Notes under the pieces: model-generated | The model's database searches: none | Told to the model about the DNA's origin: nothing | What the model saw: the letters and a program-made list of their open reading frames with translations, nothing else | Part shown: piece by piece, positions 12,286 through 22,869 of the stretch | Position numbering within the stretch: position 1 is the stretch's first letter | Layout: each line of letters begins with the position of its first letter | From: Macrostomum hystrix | Lineage: Eukaryota; Animalia; Platyhelminthes | Assembly: GCA_950097015.1 (NCBI GenBank) | Contig: CATNEN010000013.1 | Coordinates: 558,001-622,000, forward strand | DNA: 64,000 nucleotides | Direction of reading: 5' to 3' | Position numbers and translations under genes: made by a program

Positions 12286-14564
12286 AGATGAGATGCGCGA
12301 TAGCTGCGGCTGTGCTGCCGGCTGCACATCTGGCCCGAATGGGGCCAGAAGTAATAGTTCAATGCAAATTGTGGCCTCGACGCGGACTTGAACCCTTTAT
12401 ATTTGGCCTTTTCTACAATTGGACCACTTTTAGAGAAAAAAATACACCAAAAGGAAACAAATTATGGTCGGTCTTTACGATCTCACTTAAAATAAGTCGG
12501 CCAGTAGTCCAGGAAGATCCAAGAAACGTTTCTCTAGGAGCAAGATCTTAATCTCGAGCGCAAACGAGAAAGCAAAATTGATTTTTTACACCTTGTTTGA
12601 AGCAAATATTTGAAGCAAATGGATAAACTAAGTCTTAATTTAAACTGTAGAAACTCTGCAGGATGTCTGTCTCTGGTTTAAATAAGGATCAGAATGGGAC
12701 ACTTACAATTTTACCGTCGAACGTACTGCAGCTTCTTCAACACGGGCTTTAGTGTTAGTTAGTCAATAAAATAGCTCATTAACAATTTAGCCTTAGTGCC
12801 CAGTAGATTAGTCGGTGATTGCGATAAAGAGCAGTGAGCTAGTGGCCCAGATCCATCTGATTCTCGATGCTTAAGTTTGAATCGACTACAACCAGCGCGT
12901 TGTCAGGGGCGACTCACTCAACAAGGAAGAGCGGCAGAAGGAAAATAGGGAGAAATAGGAGAGGTCGCTGAGTGGGAGAAAAGACGTGGCTTCTGTTGCA
13001 TGGGAACTCTGCACTGTGAGCAACCGTTAGGACTTTTAATCTGGTAAGTTTAGATTGTTCCCCAGAGTATATGGATCGGGCACCTGGCGCATTGTCCAAA
13101 ACATCGGGGGGAAGGAGCTGGCACTCTGGCATCTTTGCCACTTCCGGACGGATGGAAGCGCTCCACTTCGTGATTGGAAACTCTATTTAAAGCTAAGGCG
13201 TGCAGCTTCGGATTGCTCTGGCAATTGCGTTGGGCCACGCATTGAAAAAAACACTGCAGCTGGGACATATACGCTCGTATGCAGTAATTGCACGGACAGA
13301 TATGTGACTGTGTAAAGTCAAATATATAACAGCTAGTTTATAAATGCGTTGCATACTGTGCAACTGCTGAAACAATGTTTGAATCAGCTAAAATTTTGAG
13401 AAGGATAATTAATGTCGGACTTTCAGTTTTATCGTGTTATATTAATATGCTCTAATGATATTTTTAACTAAAAGCATATTTTAATTTATTACAGCTAAAA
13501 AGCAGATCGTGAAAAATCTAATACAGCGGAAAGTTTATTCGCATTATTTGGACTTCAGGCTAGGGCCAAAAAATATATTGTCCTTGCTTACTACTAAAGC
13601 TATATCTTTATCTATAGCTTTAATAGCTTTATCTTCACTGCACACTTTCACGGGCTTTTATTGAATTAGTTGCGAGAGTGTTATATAACAAAATTATTCT
13701 ATTATTTTAAAGTGTGATGACAAAATCATATAAATTAGTATCTACATTATATTAAAAAGCATTATACTATAAATTAACTATAAATACTTTAATATCATTA
13801 GCCTAATTTACGCGTTGTGTGAATGTTTTAACTTAAAAATGCGCCAGATATTTTCTCACTAAGCTTTCACAATTTTCTTTGACACTTTAACACAAAGTCT
13901 ATTGTATGGTCTATTATACTATGCTTCAGTGATTATAAAAATCGGCTGCTCTGAGGATGGTGGAGTCTAAATAATTATAAGAAATTCATTTTTAGCAATC
14001 ACATAACCTAGTACTGACGCCTTTGCGGCTTAAAATGTATGTCTTCAACAGTTTAGGCTCCGATTTTTACTTCTTTGCCACATAATTGAGATTTGATAAA
14101 AAATATAGAAAACAAAAAATGATTATTTATGATATTTAAAATAGAATAGGATACTAAAAGGGAACGCATTATTATATCGTTTATTTTTTGTTTATAGTAC
14201 AAAAATCTAGTTCAAAATTGTTTTGCCTAAAATATGTTGTCATCATTTTTGTCAAGTACACCAATAGTATTGCTGAGCGAAGAAAAAATTATTTATTATA
14301 TTTTTTTTTGCAATATTATACATACATGGGAAATAAAAAGGTTATTAAGTTTAAATGCTCTATTCGTTATAAAAAAATAACTACGAGTATGTAATGAAGG
14401 GATTACTAATTACTATTTACAATTGCAATTATTAGATTGCAATTATTATCATTATTATATTACAATTGCAATAATTACAATTACTAATATTTTAGTAAAT
14501 GTATACAATTGTATAAAAATTGTTTGCTTTTACATATTTATTTTTTACGACTACAAATTTTTTT

Positions 14565-14577
14565 ATTGCTAAGCAAT
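14565..14577. promoter_or_regulatory. Candidate RFX X-box-like palindrome ATTGCTAAGCAAT, about 230 bp upstream of the BBS2 ATG
   Basis: Perfect inverted repeat; differs from GTTGCTANGCAAC at both terminal bases. BBS genes are known RFX targets in other animals. It could be chance in AT-rich DNA. Confidence 0.3.
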
Positions 14578-14806
14578 GACGAAAAAAGTAAAATTGCATA
14601 TTTTATAAATGTTAAGAAAGGAATTCATTTTAGCTTTTTTACTTTTCAACAGATCGTGTGATATAGTTTTTAATAAACAATCCAAGCTTTCTAGACGATT
14701 TAACATTGCTTGAAGATAGTGCAAGCCTATTTACAGCCCACTATTAAACCCAGCTGTTGATTATTATACACCTGAATTTTCTAGCAGCAACAGCAGTAGC
14801 AGCAGC

Positions 14807-17800
14807 ATGACCCTAGTACCAGCCTACCAGGGACGACTGCCTCAGCCGGTGCTGCCCGGCCTGGTGGCAGTCGGCCGATTTGATGGTCGCTCGGACACTC
14901 TGGTGTGCGCCGCCAACACTGGCAAGCTGATGCTACTCAGCCCCAGCCAGCAGCAGCGCATCCCGGCTGCCATGGAGACAGACGGCGGCCTACCTGTACA
15001 GATGCTGAACATGGAGCAGCCGGTACTGTCTCTGTGCACCGGAAGGCTACATGATACAGAGTCACGTGACACGCTGATTATTGGCACAGCTACTGATATG
15101 CTGGCCTACGATGTGCATAGGTAGTTATAATATTTGCAGGTGGGCAGTGGGCACTGGCAAATCAGGAGGCGATTCTGCCCATTCCGCTGGCTCCTGAGCA
15201 CACACGCTCACAGATACTGTACGCAGGCCCTCACACAGGTGTGTACATCTGCTCTGACTTTCTCATTGTCAGGCAGTGTATACTTTTATTACTGGGCCTT
15301 AGATATTGGCCTTCAAGGGCGTAAATTAAGGACAGCCAAAAAGCCTCAACTCCACGGCTGCTTTAAAAAATAAATGCGGCCTCGCCGCAGAATCGAACTC
15401 AGGTACCTTAATGCGGCCTCCTAATCTAGAAAAGATTAGGAGGTTTGATGTCACTCTATAGTAAATTTATTTTGCTCTCCTGTGCTTCCCAGAAACGCGG
15501 ACCTGTTTCACCGTCCAGTACCAGACGGTGCCTTCGCGGTGGTCGTCGGTCAAACCAACGGCAACGACCAGTCCAAGCCCCGCCGGGTGGCCATCGCAGG
15601 CGGAAATTGCACCCTGTTAGGCTACGACACTAACGGCGCGGAGGCCTTCTGGAGCGTCACCGGCGACCGAGTCACCTCCATGGCTATGGGCAGATTTCAA
15701 GGCGAGGAAGCTGGCGAACTGTTGCTAGTTGGCAGCGAGGACTTTGAGTTGCGCCTATTTCGCGACGACGCCATTGCGCGCGAATTCACTGAGACCGACG
15801 CGCCGGTGGCGCTCCTGGCGATTCCGGGCTCCGCCAGGTTCGCCTACGCGCTGGCCAATGGCACAGTCGGCGTCTACGAGAGGTCGACGCGATTGTGGCG
15901 CATCAAGTCCAAGCACCGGCCAGTGGCGCTGGCCGCGTTCGATCTGGACAGCGACGGCCAGGTGGAACTGCTGGTCGGCTGGAGCGGCGGCAAGGTGGAC
16001 GCCAGGCGAGTCACCACTGGCGAGGTTGTGTTCAGGGTGAGTCTGCGAGTGGCCCCGCTGTGAGACCAGATGAAAACTGGCTTGGGGATTGGACGGAGAG
16101 AGATAAGACAGGGAAGCGATCAAGAACTTTGTGAGATGTTTGTGGCAGGATGTTTGTCGGGTCTATGATTTTTTCGCCGAGTTTTTATCGCAACGAGACT
16201 TTCCATCGAAGTTTCTTGCTCCCTGTTGGACAGCTTTGCTGTAGCTACATTGCTTTACAGCTTGCGACTCATTCAGGACCAGGGTCCCTGTGCTGTCGCC
16301 GGCTTGGCAGTAGCCGATCTACGCGGCGACGGTCGACCCCCTCTCCTAACCATTGTCGGAGTTGACGGCGATTTGCGCGCCTTCGACGCCGTGCCGCAGC
16401 ACCTAGCGGCAGAGCTGCTGCGCGCCACCCTGGGCGAGGACGCGCCCGGCTCGATGCGCTCGCTGATGCAGGCCAAGCAGAGCCTGGGCCTGGAGTTGCG
16501 CAACTACTCCGACCAGGGAGGTGGAGGCGGCGGCGGAGGCGGCGGCAGCGGTATGCACAGAAGCGGCTCCGGTATTAGCTTCGACGGCACACTGCGCGTT
16601 GCCATGGGAACCTCTGGCTCGGAGGCTTCAGTTATTCCGGCAAATACGCAGCTCAGCAGCTGCCTCAGCGTGGAGGATGACGCTGTTGTGCTCAGCGTAG
16701 CCACCTCCAATGACACAGTGGTCCGAGCGCTGTCCGTCTTCGCCGAGGGTCTCTTCGAGGACGCCGAGTCGCTTGTGGCACATCCGCCGGCTAGTCAGGT
16801 GAGAATTCGGGCATTGCAGGATATTTTTCCTTGTAGATCTCTCTCAGTTCAGTCAATGGACTGAGAGCCACCTTAGACACCAAATTTTTACCCCGCTAAT
16901 AATGGGGGGGTGAGTGGCTGAGCGGTCTAACGCGTTTACCTCTTGCACCAAGAGGTCCGTGAGCTCGATTCCGCGACGAGGCCATATTCATTTGGGGCGC
17001 AGCCGCGGAGAGAAGGCTTGGTGGGCTTGTCGCGTAATTGACGCCATTGAGGGCCAACCTTAAATGCACAGCGAGAGTGTACACTGCTTGACGATGAGAA
17101 AGTCAGGGCAGTTATACACACTTTTATGAGTGCGTGCTAAGCAGAGCGCGTCTGCAAATATTACTATTATCATTACCTTATCTAATTCTGGTACCCATCT
17201 AAGAGCTAAGTGAATGAATATGGAGAAGAATCGAATGGATAATTAAGGACAAGGACACAAAACGTTTCCCTTGGGCTGAGTTTTGAACTCCTGACGTCCC
17301 GATTATTAGTCCGAAACTGTTGCCGCGGTAGCTGAAACCTTGATTTAGAGAGAAATATTTCGCTTTTTCACAATAAAAGTGCAGAGAAAAAGTGCAGAGA
17401 ATAAAAGTACAAATAATAAAAGTGTAGATAATAAAAGTACAGATAATAAAAGTGCAGAGAATAAAAGTGCAAAGAATAAAAGTTCAGGGAATAAAAATGC
17501 TGAGAAAATAAGGGCAGAAAACTTTACCAAACAATTGCAGGTAACTAATCGGCTGGCGCTGGCAATTAGACCGTTGCGCAACGCGGCAGTCGATCTGCAC
17601 CTGAAATGCCTGGTCGGCCAGCGCAGCACCGTCGCCCAGTTCCACGTGTTCGAAGCCTCCCGCCTGCTACCCAGATTCGCCACATTCGCCTGGCTGCCGC
17701 CGGGCTCAAAGGAGTCGTTGGCTAGCCCAGCCGGCTGGGTCCGGTTTCGCCTGGCTGAACGGCCGCAGCGGCTCAGCATGTGGGTGAACAACAGCTTCCT

Positions 17801-18407
17801 GCTGCCGCCGGCTGCCACGGCGGATGCCGGGTCCTACCGGTTTCAGTGCGTCCGCACAGGCCGCCTCCTTTCAATTGAGCTGCGCTCCTCCACGCCGGAG
17901 CCCACGGCCGTCGTCGGCGTCGACTCGCTAGAATTGGCCGCCGAAATTGTCGCCTCCCTGGCCGAATTTCTTGGCCTAGACGACCTGGCTAGCGAGGCCA
18001 GCTTCCCGGGCCTCGCTGAACACCTGGACAGCCTGGCCAGTCAGGTGCGCCAACTGGAGGCTGGCCAGGCCCGCCTGGCCGCTGAACAAGCCGACGGCTC
18101 CGGCCTGGTCCGCAGCCTGGCCGTGCGGGCCGAGGACTCCCGGCTGCTGGGCGATCTGGCGAACACGCGGCAGGCCTACGCCGATCTGCTGAGGGTCAAC
18201 CGCGGCCTGGCCGCGTCGCATCGAGTTCGAGCAGACGCGCACGCTTCGCTGGTTGGCTCCCTTAAGCAGGTCGGGCTGGTCATTCAGCAGGGCGCCGCGC
18301 TGCGTACCGGACGCCATCGGGCTCAGGTTGTGTCGCAGTGTCGGGCCGCAGTGCAGGACCGCGAGTTCGGCCTCATCTACCAGGTGATCTGCGCCGGCTC
18401 GGCCTGA
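14807..18407 (+). CDS. BBS2: Bardet-Biedl syndrome 2 protein (BBSome subunit), 4 exons, about 748 aa
   Basis: Exons 14807-15120, 15493-16036, 16277-16798 and 17541-18407, GT-AG and phase-consistent (2247 nt). Motifs match BBS2: VAVGRFDG..TLVCAANTGK, LAYDV, NADLFHRPVPDGA, LLVGSEDFELRLF, FAYALANGTVGVY, LWRIKSKH, LLVGWSGGKVDAR, VDLHLKCLVG, QFHVFE, LAVRAEDSRLLGD. Confidence 0.95.
15197..15410 (-). mobile_element. SINE family A copy in BBS2 intron 1
   Basis: Reverse complement gagttcgattctgcggcgaggccgc...gaaggccaat...gtatacactgcctgacaatgagaaagtcagagcag matches 16965-17115. Confidence 0.75.
16904..17138 (+). mobile_element. tRNA-derived SINE family A, near full-length copy in BBS2 intron 3
   Basis: Head GGGGGTGAGTGGCTGAGCGGT (A-box-like)...CAAGAGGTCC...GCTCGATTCC (B-box-like), body ending gtgtacactgcttgacgatgagaaagtcag; homologous to three other copies in the window. 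Confidence 0.75.
17380..17510. repeat. 15-bp AT-rich repeat ATAAAAGT(G/A)CAGA(G/T)A near the BBS2 intron 3 acceptor
   Basis: Period 15 (17401, 17416, 17431). Confidence 0.9.
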
Positions 18408-19616
18408 GGCTGCGGCTTATTTTCGGCGGTGAAAATAAAAAATGCGTTTTTTACTACTTGTAAGTAGCTGAGATGAAAGATTTCTTCTGAACTATATGTC
18501 AAGCAAGTGCCAATTTTATTTCGGTTTTTACTAACTAATGCAGGATTTTATTGATCCGAGACGAGATTGTATTTGGTGCTTGCGTCTTGCGTGTTAACTT
18601 TCTGCTCTTTAACAAGCTTCATTTTTTGTCTTCCTGATGAAATTACAACGAATTTTATTATGAAAGTTCTAAGAATTTTTCTGCTTATATGTTCCCTCAT
18701 TTTTATTAAACTAATATATTGAAATATTCTGTTTAACTCTAGAGTAAAGTTTATAGTGCCTAATATGTATAAATTGCAATAAAAAACTAATTTATAAAAA
18801 AAGAGAATGAAATATTGCATTGTGCCTTACTGACTCCAGAATCTACAGGATTTTGTTTGAGATGTAAAACTTTATTCTCTGTTTGCCTATCGATTTGCTA
18901 ATTAACTGCTAGAATTAACTAATGCTTTGATAGTAGCAGACAGACATACATTACTGCCAGTTGGTAATTCGAAATTTTGCTGCTTTTTAATACATCCTCC
19001 AGTTTTTTTAAACGGACCAATCAGAATCGTTCTAGTGTTCAGGGATCACTTAATCCACGAGCATTAGCCACACTAGGGCAGGCTGGCAGATATTTATAGT
19101 CTCTCAGTGGTCGCCGCTGTGGCTTCTCAAACTGCTCTAGAAAGAAGAAGTATTGAGGATTTGCTAGGCTTTTCTCACTCTCCGATTGCCGTTGGGTAAG
19201 TGAGCGGTCATACTGCTGACCGAAATTTGCATCTGTGGCCGACTAGAGTGGCTTCTGGGGTTCTAGGCAGTGGCTGATTAATGAATTGATTTGGCATAGC
19301 AAATCCCTCTAATCATAATAGCTAGTCATGCAAGTTCATAGTTCATAAAATATATTTTGTTTACCAAATTTATTTCTAATATTATTAAACTAAAGAATAA
19401 ACACGATCTTATATATCGATAGATTATTACATTTTAAAAGTGCAGTCAGTTCCAATCAGGAATTGAATTGTCATTACAGGCCAACTCTAAACTACGTCAT
19501 TGAATGCAAATCCAATTTGAAGATAATTGCTCCAGTTACTTTCGGCTGAACTGATGAGCAGAATCTGATCCATGGTGATATTTGAGGTCGTGTCTCACAA
19601 AGCAGGGATGGACATT

Positions 19617-20274
19617 GAGATAGGAAGATTGTGGAATGAAAGGACAGGATAGAGATGGGGAGATTTGAAATAAAAGGACAGGATAGAGATAGAAAGATTG
19701 TGGAATGAAAGGACAGGATAGAGATGGGGAGATTTGAAATAAAAGGACAGGATAGAGATAGAAAGATTGTGGAATGAAAGGACAGGATAGAGATAGGAAG
19801 ATGAGGGATGAAAGGACAGGATAGAGATGGGAAGATTGTGGAATGAAAGGACAGGATAGAGATGGGAAGATTGTGGAATGAAAGGACAGGATAGAGATGG
19901 GAATGATTTGGAATGAAAGGACAGGATAGAGATGGGAAGATTTAGAATGAAAGGACAGGATAGAGATGGGAAGATTTAGAATGAAAGGACAGGATAGAGA
20001 TGGGAAGATTGTGGAATGAAAGGACAGGATATAGATGGGAATGATTTGGAATGAAAGGACAGGATAGAGATGGGAAGATTTAGAATGAAAGGACAGGATA
20101 GAGATGGGAAGATTGTGGAATGAAAGGACAGGATAGAGATAGGAAGATGAGGGATGAAAGGACAGGATAGAGATGGGAAGATTGTGGAATGAGAGGACAG
20201 GATAGAGATGGGAAGATTGTGGAATGAGAGGACAGGATAGAGATGGGAAGATTGTGGAATGAGAGGACAGGATA
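19617..20274. repeat. 35-bp purine-rich minisatellite GAATGAAAGGACAGGATAGAGATGGGAAGATTGTG
   Basis: Direct reading, about 19 units with 34-bp variants. Confidence 0.95.
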
Positions 20275-21584
20275 CGGATTCGGATATTTGAACAAACAAA
20301 AGCTTTTTATTCTGACTCTAAAGTTGTGGTAAAGGTACCAGCTTCGCCAGAGGAATTTCATCATGAAATCACACCCCCGCGACCCTACTAATATTTTAGC
20401 AGCTGCTGTTTCGACCCATTGAATCTACCGGGGTTCCTCCAAGTAGAAACCGAACCCCACTCGCTCATCTGGGAAAATCTTTCACCGCTTTGAAGCTAGG
20501 TAAATAGTGTTGAAAACAAATCCCACTCACATCCGTTCATTCATTTTATTTTATGCCGGAAACCACTTTTAGCCCCGCCTCCCCAGACTCCTATACCCAC
20601 GTGCCGCAATTTTTATTTTCGGCGTCTGGCTGATATCTTTCAGCCGAACAGATGCCGCTTGCGCTTCGCGATGACAGGCGAAAGCCAGTTGTCATCTGTG
20701 ATAGCCACGGCTGCGTGGTCCTTTCCGGGGTCTAAGCTTGTGCCAGTCTCTCCATCCCTAGTGGGCATTTGGAATTAGGAATTAGGGGGAGGGGAGGTGG
20801 GTGGTAGGATATCCCCATAGCCGTCGCCTGAGGCCACAGTCTGTCTCTCCTAGGAGCCAATGCGGTGATCGTCAAAGTTCCCCAACCGCCGTGTTTGGCA
20901 CTCGGTTTGAGTTAATTGAAATTCGAGCTATAGCCACGAGGGAGCCGGTGGGATAGCATGAACGACTTTCTTCCCCTCCCCCAGCAGCTCTTTGTCAGTT
21001 GTTCGGTTCAGTGCTTAAACACTGGTCCCAGGCGGGCAGCCAGGAGGTCCGGGTTGGCATATATCGACCCCCCATTCTCCGGCACAGTATGTCTCCGATA
21101 GTCTGCAGACAACAGATGCAACTGTTTTATCTGAGCTGTCTTAATTTGAAAGGGAGTCATGGGTTCGATTCCCGACTCCATGGGAACACTTAGTGTACTT
21201 TAATAAGAAATTTAAACTCAAAATATTGAACCAATCTTCATGAAAATTCAGAACACAGGCTAAAATTTTCCGCTCCAAACGATTAAATAGCTTTCAGAAA
21301 AAAAATGGATTGATTAAATTGTTATATAAGCACTTACGATATTATAATATTATAATAATATTAGTAGTAGTAGTAGGAGTTAGCAGAACCCTGCCGACAC
21401 TGCGGAGATAGGAGGCTATCTCGCCAGTGTATTTTGGAGTGTGGAGGGGCGCCGACAATCTCAGAACAGAGGAGGAAGATGATAGGAAGTAAGCATTGGG
21501 GTGGGGTGGGGTGTGGCGTCCAATCCGAGACTAGAGGGTGGGGAGGCATGGGGTGGGTGGGTGCCTGTGTACACAGTGCAGGGA

Positions 21585-22047
21585 TAGACTGATGGGATGC
21601 CGGCCAATCTGCCGACACTGCGGAGATAGGAGGCACGGGAATACACTGATGGGATGCCGGGCAATCTGTAAGCAGAACCCTGCCGACACTGCGGAGATAG
21701 GAGGCACGGGAATACACTGATGGGATGCCGGGCAATCTGTAAGCAGAACCCTGCCGACACTGCGGAGATAGGAGGCACGGGAATACACTGATGGGATGCC
21801 GGGCAATCTGTAAGCAGAACCCTGCCGACACTGCGGAGATAGGAGGCACGGGAATACACTGATGGGATGCCGGGCAATCTGTAAGCAGAACCCTGCCGAC
21901 ACTGCGGAGATAGGAGGCACGGGAATACACTGATGGGATGCCGGGCAATCTGTAAGCAGAACCCTGCCGACACTGCGGAGATAGGAGGCACGGGAATACA
22001 CTGATGGGATGCCGGGCAATCTGTAAGCAGAACCCTGCCGACACTGC
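21585..22047. repeat. 71-bp tandem repeat, about 6 units, bracketed by diverged direct repeats of about 90 bp
   Basis: Period 71 (21646 to 21717); flanking copies gagtgtggaggggcgccgacaatctcagaacagaggagg... at about 21438 and 22079. Confidence 0.95.
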
Positions 22048-22818
22048 GGAGATAGGAGGCACGGGAATGTGGAGTGTGGAGTGTGGAGGGGCGCCGACAA
22101 TCTCAGAACAGAGGAGGAATGAGATAGGAGGAAAGCATTGGGGTGAGTGTGGGGTGTGGCGTACAATCCTACTTGGAGTTATAATATAATAATAATAATA
22201 CGATATGATTATATAATAATATAAGCTTTTCATTTCGGAACCAATTAGGAAAGTTGAAAGTTGTTAATACTCGAATATACTGAAAGGACCCCATTAATTT
22301 CCTTCAATGAAGCAAATAACTGTTTAAAATATTCGTCAACCAGTAAAAAAATGAGCTCATGTGCAAATAATCTTATACTCAGCACTGCTTTAACTGTTCT
22401 ACTGCCAAATAATCGATTGATCTCAGTTCCAATACTTTAAGCTGCGCGCACACACACAGAGAGGCCTGTACAGTCTAGAACAAGATATAGCCATTTCGCA
22501 TGAGTCATACTTCAGTCAAATCGATTTCGCCTACTTGGCGTGTGAGTTATGCGAGTGAGAACAGCATTTCAGAGAAATTGAGAGAAAAAGGAATGAGAAA
22601 ACTGTTCCGTATATTACCAAAAAACTTCTGGGGCTTAAAAGGAAACTAGATTTTTTCTGTAGCTTTGTAACATTTCAAATAGTATTTATTGCCGCTGAAG
22701 ATATTATAATTCGCTAGTAAAATTCTTGAGTTTAAAGTACATTTATTGAGGGGCAGGCAATATATACATTTTTCAGGATGACTTTTAAAGTGCATATTGA
22801 ACAGCATGATTTAAAATT

Positions 22819-22856
22819 CAGTGGTGGCAAAATCTGACCCGCGGGCCATATGCGAC
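22819..22856 (+). mobile_element. hAT/Charlie-like left terminal sequence immediately preceding the 16-bp satellite
   Basis: cagtggtggcaaaatctgacccgcgggccatatgcgac resembles the recalled Charlie/MER58-type terminus CAGGGGTCGGCAAACTACGGCCCGCGGGCCAAATCCGGC. A possible degenerate right end gccgacacccag lies at about 25531-25542. No target duplication seen. Confidence 0.45.
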
Positions 22857-22869
22857 GGGATTCTCTCTC

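Noticed and set aside
12860-13315. GC-richer patch with short ORFs, including an LPLPDGWKR (WW-like) peptide
   Set aside because: Frames are interrupted by stops, the second WW tryptophan region is absent and no phase-consistent splice partners were found; possibly a decayed repeat.
16904-16985. Possible intact tRNA gene (also 50445-50520 and 12085-12125)
   Set aside because: No 3' acceptor-stem strand, an enlarged anticodon arm and no T-run terminator; each continues into a shared SINE body.
19100-19195. Isolated exon-like segment with a perfect GTAAGT donor at 19196
   Set aside because: One open frame, but no partner exon or recognisable protein; left unannotated.
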